A DNA stretch of 64,000 bases, taken from the NCBI RefSeq assembly GCF_001194135.2, contig NC_068981.1, positions 40,061,707 through 40,125,706 on the forward strand, in the 5' to 3' direction. The notes under the pieces were generated by a model. It had not been told where the DNA came from. It made no database searches and saw only the letters and a program-made list of their open reading frames with translations. Numbering within the stretch: position 1 is the first letter of the stretch; every line of letters starts with the position of its first letter. Source of the stretch: Octopus bimaculoides (lineage: Eukaryota). Shown in pieces: positions 23,621 through 38,354 of this stretch. Made by a program: the position numbers and the translations under genes.

Positions 23621-26600
23621 CCAGCTTAAAATTTCCTATCTCATACAGTATTAATCAACAGGAGGAACACCATATTTGGAGATTCGGTTGATTTTTGTAC
23701 ATGTTGTAGTAATTGCAATATGAGATCGAATCACATGAGAAGACTAGATATTTGTTAAGAATCTAGAAAATGCGGGTGATGTCCGCTAAAGTGTATTGCT
23801 TCGGTAGCCGAAACGTGGAAGGAGTCGGTTTAATCGTACAAATGGAAGATTTCATCTCCCGTTTTGCTTTTGGTGTTATCCAAGGAGTGGCTTTGGTGGG
23901 ACTTCATCGTAGGTAAGTCAGCTCCTTGATCGATGGAATGTAGCTCCAAATTATCAGTGGGACCTTTGAGCAAGAGTTGTTTGAGAGCTAACGTAATATG
24001 TATTTTTCTATATTCTCTGGGTGTATTGTAATATGCTTGTTATAATATGTGACACTTAATCTTTCTTTTAACGGTAAGTTCATGTCACGGAGTACTGTAA
24101 ACATGCATTGAATAATATTATTGGATGTAGAGTCAAAATAGTATTTATAATCAATTGTGATTGTTTACTTCGAGTACTGCCGGTAGTGACTTGTGGCATT
24201 CAAACTTAGAAGGTAATTAGATTAGACTAAATACTACACCACAGTTGCTGTACTGATTCTGTCAACCATTGTTCCGTATTATATCTGCAAAATGTGAAAT
24301 ATTTTTCAGAGTAACATATGAAGGACTAACAGTTTTGTGGATATATTTTGAAACTTGTATAGCGAGCATCACAGGACATTATATAATGCACCTATATGCA
24401 AAAGAGATATAATCACCAGTCGATGCTATTTCACTTTCTTTACTTAGAATATCCCAGTGTTATAACGTCCTCTTTGGTCTTCTCTTTGATACTGAATTCA
24501 TTTACAATTTACAAGTAGAAACAAGACACGTGAAAAGATTGTCAGAACATAAAATTTGCGCCGATAGACTTTGCATTTCATCTATTTCTCGTACCAGTAA
24601 TGTAATGGTTGTTGATCCAATCGATTATATAATTGCTCTAGAAAAAAGTATCATAGAAAAAATAAATCAATATTTTAAAAAATATGTTTGAAAGTATTTT
24701 GTAAGGAAAATAATACATTTCTAACATTGGGATATCTTAGCAGCAGCAGCAGCAGCAGCAATAGAAGCAACGAAAGCAATAGCAGCAGCAGCAGCAGTAA
24801 AAGCAGCAGCAACTGTAGCTGCTGTTGCTAAGTGCAACTACTATAACCTTACAACCATAACCGCAAATGCTAATAACAATAACTTCAATCACCTCTGTGA
24901 CTCTTACTGCTAATGCCATCATTATTCATGTCACGATCAAATCACCCTCACACATCTCCAATCACCACTATCATCATTAACACTAGTAGCATCAGTTTAT
25001 AATTTCTCTACTTATACTACTATTCACACCGTCTTGTAAAACAATTGTTAGCGATTAAATGTTCAAAACATGATACTCTACCTTATAGTTATTTGTTTTT
25101 TTTCTTTCTCATCCATAGCGTTTGCATGTATATATCTTGTACATAGAATTCTAATGTATAATAGCATACGTGTAATGTGTATATTATTTGATATTTAGTC
25201 TACGCATATGAAGTAAACAATAATGACGAATGTTTTTGTGCAGTAATAAACGTGAATAACAAATAGTAAACAGTTTTGTTATCGCCTTTTCCTTAGTTTT
25301 CTATCGGCCAACATCAATAAATATACTTAAATATCTGAGATCGCAGAATCCTAAATTAAATCTTCAATGCAATTTTATTATATATACGAAGGTTAACGTT
25401 TTTGATCACATGCGTAATAGAAGAGCGCAAGGTCATTGATAGGAAATATATCTTTATAAGTAAATCAATACTTGAGGTGTTTGTCATGGTAGAGTCCTCC
25501 CTTGAAAAACAGGAGCAGTTAGGAGTTACGTCTACTTCTCTAATAGAAACGTGTTTGTCTTCAGCTTAAGTCCAAGGCTACATAAATACTCGAATTATTC
25601 CTCTGTTTTAAGGCCGACAGATGGCTGAGTCTATACGAAGTCGAACAGCCTACCAAATTGAACAATGGTTCGAATTTCGATAGTTGATCTTCATTGCGTA
25701 ACGCTCGTAGCAAAGTAACTCTCTCTCACTCTTGGAATTTATATAACTTTAAATTAATGTTATTAGCACATACAGCACAAAGCTACCAAAACTGGAAATT
25801 TTGTACAATTAATATTTCGATACCTAGATACCTTTTAGTTTTCTTAAGGGTACAGAGAAGATCTTAGGAACTCGATGCTGAATACCCCAACTAAAAATTC
25901 TTGTAAATATCTAATCTGCAGAATTATTCGAAATTCTTATGTGTCTGTGAATCTTAATCTCGTTGCTCATTAATTTCACCCAAAGCTTAGAAGATATACT
26001 CTGGTATAGTCAGGTTATATAAATAGCAAAAGGAGTGGTTGAAGAAATAATCCATCTGTGAGCTATCACCATCTTTCGGCGTTTCTAAAATAAAGACAGC
26101 TTTGTTGATCATTTTAACCGATCTTTATATATTGATTTCTAACATCGACGCAAGACCGATCTATTTCGGGGGCGATATAACCTCCTGTTCAGTTAGCTAA
26201 TGGTAAGGTTATGTGTTTTGATTAAGAGCATAGTCTATGATGAAGTTCGAAATTCAAATACTAATTAATGACCTGAAAACTGACACATGGTTGATTCNNN
26301 NNNNNNNGTATGTATATTCCGATAGGAGTTTATATTTTGTTATTACGAGTGGACAGCGTGGAGACATAAATTCCATTCAAAGGGATCTTACTCACAAGAG
26401 CGGCATTAGACTCCTCACTCGTATTATTATCGAACCGAGAGTCTAACTACGGTCTTACATATTCTTACCTGCCATCTTGGGTCATCTGGATACCAATACT
26501 TTATATATATATATATATATATCGTGGAACTCCGTCGGTTACGACGAGGGTTCTAGTTGATCCGATCAACAGAATAGCCTGCTNNNNNNNNNNATATATA

Positions 26601-26790
26601 TATCGTGGAACTCCGTCGGTTACGACGAGGGTTCTAGTTGATCCGATCAACAGAATAGCCTGCTCGTGAAATTAACATGCAAGTGGCTGAGTACTCCACA
26701 GACACGGGTGCCCTTAATGTAGTTCTCGGGGAGATTCAGCGCGACACAAAGTGTGATAAGGCTGGCCCTTTGAAATACGGGTACAACAAA
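26601..26790 (-). mobile_element. SINE family C, 3' part
   Basis: Reverse complement matches the 3' half of 27415-27725. Confidence 0.8.
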
Positions 26791-26913
26791 AACAGGAAGA
26801 AAGAGTGAGAGAAAGTTGTTGTGTCAAAATATTTTCGTCGCTCTGAAACCGCGACCTGTTCCCTGACAAAACTTCACAACAGTGATACAGCACGAAGTTT
26901 TATCAGAGAACAG

Positions 26914-26974
<61 letters not shown>

Positions 26975-27414
26975 TCATTCCCTTTCATTTGTGTGTATGT
27001 GTATCTATGTGTGTGCGCGAGTATGTATGTGTATCACTGTTGAAGTCGCTGGTGCAACTTGTTTGTGTCTATATTGGCTTAGTGGTATAGAATGTTTAGA
27101 AACTGAAAATAAAGTGCAAATTTCCAGTTCTTGTCGGTGACTTTTTTTTCTCCTCGTCTTCTAATAGTAATTACCTAACCTTCTAACTCTTCTCACCGCT
27201 ATCCCATGTTCAAAAATTATACGGGTATTTTTTAAAATTTTCATTTAATGGATAATGTTTTTACATTACGTATACATTGATAGAATAAACTATGGGTTTT
27301 CCAAACAGCGAATTAAAACTTAAAAGCGAAAGTGAGAGACTTTGTAAATGTAAATGGAATACTCCGCAGGGAATGCAATGAATATTTAAATTTGTGAAGA
27401 ATTGGACGAAGTGA

Positions 27415-27725
27415 AAGGGCGTGGCTTTGTGGTTAGGGTAATCAGCTCACAGTCATGAGTTTGATTCCCGGCGGCGCGTTGTGTCTTTGAACAAGATACT
27501 TTATTTCACGTTGCTCCAGTCCGCTAAGCTAGCAAAATTGAGTTGTACTCGTATTTCAAAGGGCCCGTCTTGTCACCTCCTCTGTCACGCTAAATCTACC
27601 AGAGAACTACGTCAGGGGCACGCGTGTCTTTGGACTACTCAGCCACTTGCACGTTAATTTCACGAACAGGCTGTTCCGTTGATCGCATCAATTGGAACAC
27701 TCGTCGTCGTAACTATCGGCGTGCC
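27415..27725 (+). mobile_element. tRNA-derived SINE family C
   Basis: GGCGTGGCTTTGTGGTTAGG...GAGTTTGATTCCCGG head, then CAGCCACTTGCACGTTAATTTCACG...CTCGTCGTCGTAAC; fragments also at about 10195, 36340 and 53715. Confidence 0.8.
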
Positions 27726-28137
27726 ATCTTCATTCAAGGAAATTATTTGGAATTAGGTAGCGTCTGGAATGTAGATAGCCTTTTTAGTTTTCTTGGTCAT
27801 TTGATGAATACAATTGACCAAAATGTTGATTATATGAAATTTGAGATCCAAATGTTTAATCATGTCTATGCTGACCTTATTTATGAAAAATATATGTCAG
27901 GTTTTATACACTTCTGATGCAAGGTGTATTGGACCCATGTTATTTTTGTACCACAATATGGGAGTGCGTGTATATGTCTATTAATAAACGCGTGTATATA
28001 CAATCGGGGATAATAAAATTCAGTTCATGTTTTATAGACACAGACATAGATGGTTTCAAGTTCAGTCCTACTGCGTGGTATCTTGGGCGCCTTCTTCTAT
28101 AGCCATGGGCCGATCAAAGCCTTTTAGATGAGCCTAG

Positions 28138-28208
<71 letters not shown>

Positions 28209-28863
28209 CAATTAAAAGGGTAAAGGATTATCAGTTTATTAATTTATTAATAAATTAACAATTAATAATTTTTACCATATATATATGTACATGTGTGTGC
28301 TTTATGTGTTTTTTTTTTGTAGCCCTACCGCTTAACGACCGGTGGTGGTTTGTTTATGGCCCCTAAATTTAGTGATTAAGCAAAAGAGATGAAGAGAAAA
28401 GTTCGAAACTTTTGAAAAAATAAATAAGTAATGGAGTCGGTTTGTTCGATTACAACCCTTTAAGGTGGTTGCCCCAGTATGGCCGTAGTCCAACGGCTTA
28501 AACAGAGTAAAAGAAATATATTTGTGTGTTAATGCGTTAATAGTGTTTTGTTTGAATACTATTCAGTAGTACAGATTATATCTATAGATATTAATCAACA
28601 CCGTGAGAAATAGAGACTTAAACACCGATTCTCAATATACGATATCTTCATATATTGTACAAGTGAGATCAGCCGATTCAAATCAGCATTGGGGTTTTAT
28701 CACAGACAAAAAATTCTTTTTAACTGTCCACAGCGGCACTGCTTGTAAACCTACCATTAGCAATGGAATAAGTAAAGGAGATAGATAGACAGATTTTCAA
28801 TTTATAATGCATTATTGGCAGCTGTTTCGATTAATAAATTACTAGTGCGTAAGAACGTAATAT

Positions 28864-28894
<31 letters not shown>

Positions 28895-29910
28895 ACTCTC
28901 CATTCTGCCTGATTGCCATCAGTATTATGTTTCTTGATTGACCACCTGAATAGTATGTTTTTAGGTTTATGCTACACCAGTAGTTACTTAGGCTTTCTAT
29001 AGCGTCACTGAACGTGTATATAATCATGCTAAATGTGATACGTGTTTTTGGATGGTTCTTCCAGTTCAATGAAAAGCGATGTTCTAAGAATATCAATTAC
29101 TCTAATGTATAATTCACAGAAGTAACATATATAGTGGTTGTTGTTGTTTTGTGGTATTTTTTCATGATCTTTTTCTTTTATTGTCTCTTTTTTTTTATAG
29201 AAAAATGTCGCTTCAGGTTTTGATCTGTTCTAGTCTAACAATCATATTGCCAAGAAACTGTTTCTTCTTGTATTAGATTTTTCTCTTCTTTCTTTTCTTT
29301 TTTTAGAATTGTCTTACACGAAATGAAAGTTTCTTCTCGCTCGTATAACTATATATAGTATAGTATACGACTTTGTTAATTCGGTCATTGTATATCTAAT
29401 TAGTGTTGCCTTCTCGTCGTATAACTCCTAGTAACCTATATTGCTTGTGTGTAGTATGGTCGAAATTATTTCTCCAAATAACACTTAAGCGACCTATTTA
29501 CACAAAATTGCTATTGATGTTGTATACAGAACTTCTTGTAACGTTTTTCTTTGCTTGGTCATGAACAATAAACTCACCATCACACACTATTCACATAGTA
29601 TTTACTTTCTCAAATATGTTAGAATATATTGATTCAGGTTATTTTTGACACGTACCAACACTCAATCCGTTTTGTCTATATATCTATTCTTCTTCCTATC
29701 AAACTATTTATTTTTCTCCCTACGTATCTAATAGCCTAGCTACGTATATACTTATCTCTTTATAGTTGAGTGTCAATTTGCAATACTTTTTCACAGCAGT
29801 AAAACATGTATTTAAAAAATAGGATACCTTGGTTTGTTTTTGTTTTGATACTTAATACCTAGATCATTTAAATTTGGTTATGAATCAATCTTATATAGAT
29901 TTCAAATCTG

Positions 29911-30092
29911 AGCACAAGGCCAGCAGATCGATTACCTCAACCTTCAGTCCGCAACTGCTACCTGTTTTATTGACCACGAAAGGACGAACCGTAAAGCCAA
30001 CCTCGACGACATTTGGAGTCGGAGCACAAAGCCAGAAAAAATGCCGCAAAGCATTTTGTCCTGCATGCTAACGATTCTTCCAGCTCGCTTGC
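29911..30092 (-). mobile_element. SINE family A, diverged
   Basis: Reverse complement of the family A head at 30060-30092 and tail at 29911. Confidence 0.7.
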
Positions 30093-33000
30093 TTGAATTA
30101 CTCTTATATTACAGGTGAGTGTTGTAAACCTAATAGTCTAATTTTCTTTCTCTTGAGCAATAAACTATTGGATAGAGTGAGAGACCAATCTGAAATTCCA
30201 TGCAGTGAATATAAAATATATAAGAAACTAGCCGCAGCTCTTCAAGAAAATATATCATTACATTACGTTCTTGTAATTTAACTCCTAGCCAGACCTGATA
30301 AAAAAAACCAAAAAAAACAAAGATGAACTAATCATGACTATACCATATTGAGTAATTATTTTCCACGAGAAAAGATTCTGGGAAGCGAATGTAACTGTAT
30401 GATTGTTGTATCTTTTACAGTTATATAAAGAAATACTTGAATCGACAAAATATTACTTAATCTTCTTTCTCTAACACTCTCCACACCACATAATTGCATA
30501 ATTAACCTTTATAAGGGAGAGCGGGTGTTATATAAGTTCACTTCCACTGGATAAACAGCAAGTCGAAGTCATCAAGTGATACAGTACCACTCTATGTGAT
30601 ACGAACACACAAAATAAATTTTAAATAATTACAATAAGTAGATTTAATTTATCGTCACTAAATGATTTTGAAGGTGTGCAACACATGAATGTAGGTCATA
30701 CAATGTAGTTTTGTTAAGAATCATACACTGACTATGCATGTGTTATTGGTACATTTACTAGTTTGAAAGGAAGCACGTGCGACCACATTTGTGTGTAAAG
30801 TGATAATCGTCCCCCAGTGGGTATGAACTTGTCAAATCTAGAAAATTTTAGTTTTGGAAAACATAGAATCATATATCACTAAACATTAATTTATTTTTCT
30901 GATATGAAATCTAATTTAGAATATTTTGTTGCCAATGTGCAAGATAGATTATATTCAAAAACGAACATTTCATAAAATAATGTTGAAAGCGAATTAACAA
31001 TTGAATTAGGATCGACAAGTTTCAACGACAACTTGTGAAATATTTCCCATCAGCATTCGTCTACGCTTACCAAATTGCTTCATTGGTTTCTGTTTAATAT
31101 AAATGAACGGCTTTCTGAACACCTAACTGCGATACCAATATAAATGAAGAATATCGATTTTAGAATACTGATTGCACCAAAGGATACAGTAATTGAATTA
31201 TAGCTAACGGGAAAATCATAGGAAGTTGTGATACAAATGCCTTTCTTAATGAAAATTATAGGAAATTGTGAAATATATTTTACCAATATGTTCTTTTTTA
31301 AGATGGTGATATTTGGCTACTATTTCTAACAGATCAAATATCTAACTAGTTGCTTTGTCGACTCGTTTGACGTCTTTCTTTAATCTGATAGTGTCAGAAA
31401 ACCAAAAAGCTTTAATCTAATCTGATAGTATCGGAAAACCAAAACGATTTAGTACTATTCGTTTTTAAGACCAATGCAGGTCAAGAATACTTGATTCTGA
31501 ATAATACCAGAGAAGTTCAAAATCGTATTATATATATACATGAAAAAAATAATAATTAACGCTTTAAGATGCAGACTATTCTCATGAAACCCTTCGTAGT
31601 TGAGTAAGATGTATCCACTTGACAGTGAAAGCATCAATGTGATGAATTTGAAGTTAAGCTACACCAGGCTATCACACACATCTATATGCAGTCGTAAGTT
31701 TCGAAACCTTAACAAGTTGGACTAATACAAATGGGTAACAGAAATTATAAAATGAATTAAATATTTTCTTCTGCAGTGTGAGAAAAAATGTGGAGGTAAA
31801 TTCCGAGATTCAGTAACTTTTTTTATTTTTTTTATAGAATGTGTTATTTCTCTTCCATTATTATTCAAACGCGGAAAGTCGGAAAAATTGCTTTGCAGTA
31901 TTTTTTCCGAATCCTTATATCCTGAATTCAAATCCCGCCGAGGTCAACCTTCTATTTCATTCTCCAAAGGTCGATAAAAAAGTACCAATAAAGTATTTGG
32001 ATCGGTGGTATTGCTGTGCCTAAGCCAGAAGCCGTAATTTATTATTCATAGAGAAACAGTAGGATAGAAAAGGTAGAGGGTCGATTTGTCTTCCTTTTGT
32101 GGGTCGATAAAATACATACAAGTCACTCACCATACCTCCTTCAAAAATGTATGGTCATGTGGAAATCGATATCCTAAAGAAAGGCATTAACTTCACAATT
32201 TTTGAAGATTTCCTTCCTTTTGAGTTGGAGTGAAATCAATAATCGAACGCAAATTGGCTTACTCTTGACAAAATACGCAACGACAAAATTATTTGCTGAT
32301 GCATTCCCCCCTGTTGACTGAACATCATCAGTAAGTTGCAAACGTCATAGAGTGAAGGCAATTTCTTGTCGATATGGTTTAGATTCCAAACCTGAGCTGC
32401 TTCTTTTCTCTTCCGGAATTGATGCTTCAGGAAAAGTAAGAATATATCAACTATTATTTCCTCTTCATTGATCAATAAGGGTTAACTGCCAATTTGCTAA
32501 ATATTTTTGGAAAGAAGAAGTCGAGTAGAAGATGAAAATAATTTGTTTAATACAATATAATTGTGAATATAAGTAAGTCAAATAATCAATATCTCTTACA
32601 TTTTTGCACAATGCTTCGAATTTGCAAGATTGGATAGAGTAGACCAAATCAACTCTACCTCAAAACTGATATTTTAAGGATCCTGAAAGATTTTAACTAT
32701 GAGAGTACAATGCTGTTATATTTCAACTAAAAACGCAAAAGTAAATATTATGCATCTTTTTTTTATCTTTCTAGTCATAGAGGAAGACAGAACCCACGGC
32801 TCTTTACAGGGATTTCAAGACTGGTTGTGAATAAGGAGGAGGAATTTATCTTCAAATTGAGGACCTGGCCAGAACGTTTGCCACAGAACGCGGTTCACTA
32901 ACAGCACCTTAGAAGCCAGGTGATGGTGTTAAATCGGGTGACAAAATAAGTTTATTATCTTTGTAGGCCATGACAGGATTTGAACTCAGAATCCAAAGAA

Positions 33001-33224
33001 TAGGAGTAGCTACTGCAAGGTATCCGGTTTGGTTTTCTTACATTTCTACCAGCCCACTCTGCTTTGGATTGATACGTTTTTATCAAACCCGACAAAAGGC
33101 AAGGCAAAATTAACCTCGGCAGCGTTTGAACTCAGAGTGAATATAGTAAACACAAATAATGCGAGGCTCTAAAGCTCTAACGACTCTGCCCATTCACCAC
33201 ATAAATACTGGGGCTCTATAGTTT

Positions 33225-33470
33225 AGAAACTTGCTTCTTGATAACATGGTTTTGAGCTCGATCACGCTGTGCAGCACTTTGGGCAAGTGTCTTCTATCAT
33301 AGCCTCAGGTTTGACAACCGTAAGTTGACGGTTTGGCAGAAGTGATTCATACAATAAATACCTAACTTAATAAAAGAGCAGAAGCATTGTGCTCAATTTG
33401 TTCGACTAAAATCCTTCTAGGCGGTGCTCCAACAAGGCTGAAGTCTAATGAACGAAACAGGTAAAAGAAT
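33225..33470 (+). mobile_element. SINE family B, internally deleted
   Basis: CACTTTGGGCAAGTGTCTTCTATCATAGCC ... GGCGGTGCTCCAACA. Confidence 0.7.
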
Positions 33471-34144
33471 AGAGGTTGATGGATAGTTGGATAATCCTCT
33501 GGAAAAGAGTTGCATTTATATCAGTAATTCACAATGCTTAATTTTCAGTAAACACAGGGTTTTGTTGGCGGAAGGATATTCAAAATCAAAGGGGGACAAT
33601 TAGAAATAGCCTCCAATGAAATCGACTTCATCTCTGACACCCATTATGAAGCTAAGACAACAAAGTTAATAGATTCTATGTTACTGTCCAGGGTTAGTAA
33701 TTGTACATCACGAACTACATACATGATAAAAATAAGAAAAGCAGGCCTTATGTTCTGCAGCTAGTTTGAAGAACAGTATAATTATTATTCATTTATTTGG
33801 AGTCTTTACTTGGCCCCATCCGAATACATACAAACCAAAAGAGAGGTAATGATCTGTTAGTATTCTTTAACCAAAACAGAAATTCGTTTTTAATTTTACT
33901 TCAATCTAATCTATCGCAAACGAAGAGGTAGCTATGCGATGAAACGTTTTAGTGTACAACGACCAGACGACCGGACAATCGCAGCCAATCGATCGATCAT
34001 AATAAAAGAAGCATTGTTATAGCATTTGTTTACCTTGTAAATTATTATGCACATTTTTCGTAATGTATCTACATTTTAATGTAAAAACGGAAACGTTTGA
34101 TGTGTTTCTCCAGCTTTGAATAAATAGCAATAATTGTTTCTGAT

Positions 34145-34320
34145 ATAGGCATTAGGCCAGAAATTTCGAAGGAGGGGAACAGTCAATTATATCGACCTCA
34201 GTACTTTATTTTATTGTCCGGAAAGAATGAAAGGCAAAGTTGACCTGGGCGGGATTTGAAATCAAAACATAAAGAGAACAATAAATACAGTAAAGCAGTT
34301 TCACCGACGTGCTAACAGTT
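34145..34320 (-). mobile_element. SINE family A
   Basis: GAAAGGCAAAGTTGACCTGGGCGGGATTTGAA is the reverse complement of the family A core; a further minus-strand copy lies at 33065-33200. Confidence 0.75.
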
Positions 34321-35086
34321 GTATCAGAGTACACATGGTGTATATAACTTTTGAATGCAAACATAATCCACACTCTACACAAGACTCTCTCAATGAAATA
34401 AAGGAATTTCAAAAAATGGTAGTATAAAAAAAAACAATAACTGGCGAATCAATAATACTAACCCCATGGCTTAATTAATCAAATGTAGCAGAAAATACCT
34501 CTTCATCTCTCACCGTGCAAACGTTATGACTTACTATTGACCAGTCAGACCCAGAATGATATTTCTTGTACCTCAATGTGAATTCGAGTCGTTGAAGTTC
34601 ATTGTGTTTCGAAATTTTGTCCATTCCCGCAGATTGTTGTGCTCCCTGTCGACGCATGAGTTGAAAAAGCCCGCGTTCAAAATCTCTTCATGGCTTCGTG
34701 TTTTTCGACAATATCACATGGTGTTTCCGCTGAATGTCGCGACGGTAATCAGAGAAAGAACAGGGGCAAAATCTTCCTGTTCAAATGAAGGTATAGACCC
34801 AAGCGGATACATCATATTGTTTTCTTTCTTCTATCGATGCATTAACGTCAGTTAGCACACACACAGAGCGGATGACCCTCTTGCTATAGGGCATGTCCAA
34901 CGAAGTAATACGGACACTTTCACGACAAAGCAACTGGTGACTTACAGAGTGTCCTATCGCTAGCTGTCGTAAGCACTGATTTCAGATATATGTGTTCACC
35001 CTTGTTAAGAAAACTAAGTGTACCTGGTATTCAGAGAAAACTCGTGAAACCCTATAAAATACAGAATAATAATAACAGTTGATGTT

Positions 35087-35265
35087 AAGACAGCTAGCTG
35101 GCAGAATCATTAGCACGCCGGACAAAATGCTTAGCGACGTTTCGTTTGTCTTGGTATGCGTTTTAATTCCGCTCGAGTCGACTTTGTCTTTCATGCTTTC
35201 GGGGTTGATAATGTAACCATCTTCCCCAACCCTCAAAATTTCTACTCTTGTGCCAAAAATAAGAA
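35087..35265 (+). mobile_element. SINE family A
   Basis: GCTGGCAGAATCATTAGCACGCCGGACAAAATGCTTAGC...GAGTCGACTTTG. Confidence 0.8.
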
Positions 35266-35928
35266 AAGAATAATCATAGTTCATGTTTTTGATGGTGTTG
35301 TGGTTGTTTAGCAAGAGTTGAGCACTGAAATGGTCATTACTGAAATGCCTTTGAATCGTAGTTTGCTCGGATTTGGTGCTACACAACAGTAATAAACAAC
35401 TGACGTGCATCGTATTAGCCTTGGGAATAACAGTCCCCTACTTCTTGGCTACTAAACCATAAAGGGTTATGATCAAATGTACAAGGAATTTTATTTTTTG
35501 GATTTTTCTTTAGAATCTTTTGTTCGAGTTTCTGTGAATATGCCAAATGGAAAAAAAATTGTTTAGATAAAAGAATATATCTTGTTACATATGATGGCAT
35601 GTAAAAAGAGTTTCAAAACAAGTCTAAATGCAATATTCTTAAAACAAAAAAGAAGATAAAGCAAAACACATGCTGTGTTTGTAGTCCCTTGCAAATATTT
35701 TATTTTTACACCTGTTTCTTAGGTCTCTTAATGATCTAACGAAGTCTAAATATAGCTAGAAAAGGCACCAGCTGAATATTTGCCCTAGTATTTTCGTACA
35801 TATGTATAAACACATACGTAATCACACATGTATATAAACATGCATATATATATATATATAAACACATACATATGTATATTTACATACATGCATATTTATT
35901 TTATTCATATAAATATTCCGATGAATAT

Positions 35929-36305
35929 AAGCTTGCATCTCAACCACATGGTTCCGGGTTCAGTCCCGTTGTGTGACACCTTGAACAAGTGTCTTCTACT
36001 GTAGCTTCGAGCCGACCAACACCTTGTGAGTCGATTTGGTAAACTGAAACTAGAAGAAGCCCGTCGTATGTATGTTTATGTGTGTGTGTGTGTGTGTGTG
36101 TGTTTGTTTGCGTGTTTGTCCACCACCGCTTCTTAGCAACTGGTGTCGGTGTGTTTACGTCTCTAACTAAGCGGTTAGTCAAAAAAGACCGATAGAATAA
36201 GTAACAGACTTAACTAACAAAAATACTGAGGTCGATCCATTTCACTAAAAGTTCTTCAAGGCGGTGCCCCAGCATGGTCGCAGTCTAATGACTGAAATAA
36301 GTAAA
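35929..36305 (+). mobile_element. SINE family B
   Basis: CAACCACATGGTTCCGGGTTCAGTCCC...CCTTGAACAAGTGTCTTCTAC...(TG)n...AAGGCGGTGCCCCAGCATGG. Confidence 0.85.
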
Positions 36306-37272
36306 TGATATGTATAATAGCCCAGTGTTTAGGACTTTGCGCTCACGATCACGAGATCATGGTTTCAATTTCTGGAACGGTTGGGGTATTGTGCTCATGA
36401 GCAAACACTTCATCTTACGTTGCCCCACGATCACTTCAGCAGTTGATGTGTGGTTCACCATGCACCTTTTTCCAGGCAAAAATCCCTTGCTGTTGTTGCT
36501 GCTGCTGTCAATCGTCGTTGTCGTTGTCTGATTTGAGGCTGACTTTGGGTTGCTCTCACTTAGGTGCTATAATTAAAGACTATACCATCTTTTTCTTTTT
36601 TGCAGATCACTCAGGAGCATGGTCTCACTAGACAGTTGCCCAAAGGTTTTATGCTTCTAGGGAGTCAAATCTTAATTTATGTACGTGTTGACTGTGTATG
36701 TAGAAATCTCAGGACTGTTATATTGCTAAGACAGCTCAAAGCAGGACTTCAGTATTTAACGTGTACTTTGTCTAAGGCTGTAGATGTTATTTAAAGATTT
36801 GGTCCCAGTTTCTAGCAGGCCGAGCGACCTTGTAGGAGGTCCCTTGTTTGGCTCGAAATACACTTTATAGGGCACCCCACATGAAACTAAAAGTGCATCC
36901 CAAAATCTAACATTTTCTCTCAGTACCATGAAACATCGTTACTCATTCTCTACAGAGCTAGAGGGAGAACCACAATGGAGTATTTACTTATAGGACAGTG
37001 ATGCTACTGCCGCTGCAAGCGCTGTTGCCGCTGCTAGACACAAAACACATCTTAGACATAAAGCAAGGCCATTTGACTAATGGGCAAAACAATATCAGAG
37101 CGATAGAGTTTCTAAAACTTCTTATAATTCTATTACCTTTATAACGACATCTACACCTCAAAATCACCAACCTCAAACACCTACCTTTTCTCTTCCATCA
37201 TCTTTACTATCTCTCACCATCAGTTTCACACAAACCACTTCTGCTAATCCGTCTTCCCCAAAATATCAACAT

Positions 37273-37440
37273 GCGCAGGCGTGGTAGGTGCAGGCGTGGC
37301 TGTGTGGTAAGAAGCTTGCTTCCCGACCAAAAGGTTCCGGGTTCACCGCCACTGCATGGCACCTTGTCTTCTACTACAGTCTCGGGCAAACAAAAGACTT
37401 GTGAGTGGATTTGATAGACGAAAACTGAAAGAAGCCCCCC

Positions 37441-37471
<31 letters not shown>

Positions 37472-37708
37472 GTATCTATTTGTGTGTGTGCCTTTGTGTC
37501 TGTGTTTGTCACCCACATTACGCTTGACAACCGGTATTGGTGTGTCTACATACCTGTAGCCTGGTGGTTCGGCAAAAGACACCGATAAGACAAATATTAG
37601 GCTTAAAAAGTAAGTCCTAGGGAAGATTTGTTTGGCTAAGACCCTTCAAGGTGGTGCTCCAGCATGGATGCAGTCAGATGACTGAAATAAGTAAAAGAAT
37701 AAAAGAAT
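37273..37708 (+). mobile_element. SINE family B, near full length
   Basis: GCAGGCGTGGCTGTGTGGTAAGAAGCTTGC head, microsatellite core, and AAAAGAATAAAAGAAT tail. Confidence 0.88.
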
Positions 37709-38202
37709 GCTTGATTTCCTTTCTTGCTAATGTTTTCATACACTAGGAGACTTACATGTTTTCGTGCTGAAATATAATTATTTATGTATATTCAGTCTAG
37801 GTATACCTGTAAAGGTCATGGACACCACCTCATGCCGCCTAACTAAGCCATGAATAAACAGACGTAAAAACTATGGCAACGTAAGTGCGAAACGTTGAGC
37901 TAAGAAACACACAAGGAAATACCACTAGGTCATGAAACACTTGACTGTCTGTCTTCTTATAATATGTGTGCATGTGTGTTTTTATACACACGTACACGTA
38001 CATACACACGCGCACACGTGCACACACAACGAAATGCCAGTAAGTTTTCTAATACCTTAATCATTTGAATATTCACTTACATAATACATACATACATATA
38101 TGCATGCACGCATACGTGCATTTGTGCACGCACACACTCACACAGGTTTAGTAGAGCAATCAGGAAAATAGAACTCATCCTATGAGTATATATATATATA
38201 TA

Positions 38203-38235
<33 letters not shown>

Positions 38236-38354
38236 CATTATTATCATTATTATTATGAGAGAGCAGTGCATGCCATCAAAGTGACACTGGGGTAAAATAT
38301 ACGAAGCCCATTATTATTATTATTATCATTATTATTATTATTGTTGTTGTTGTT

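Noticed and set aside
23780-23920. GCCGAAACGTGG hammerhead-like half and a perfect AG|GTAAGT donor
   Set aside because: No CUGANGA box upstream and no convincing acceptor or ORF.
26521-26663. Exact 63-bp direct repeat around a 10-N gap
   Set aside because: Typical overlapping contig ends; an assembly artefact.
27624-27917. ORF with LGHLMNTIDQNVDYMKFEI, faintly like methyltransferase motifs
   Set aside because: Its 5' half is SINE C, and the MKFEIQ-coding sequence recurs at about 26240, suggesting a repeat fragment.
28239-28258. 20-bp perfect palindrome TTAATTTATTAATAAATTAA
   Set aside because: AT-only and next to (AT)n; low information content.
30095-30120. Pyrimidine tract followed by CAG|GTGAGT, like a recursive splice site
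   Set aside because: A single motif with no established host transcript or strand; cannot be supported.
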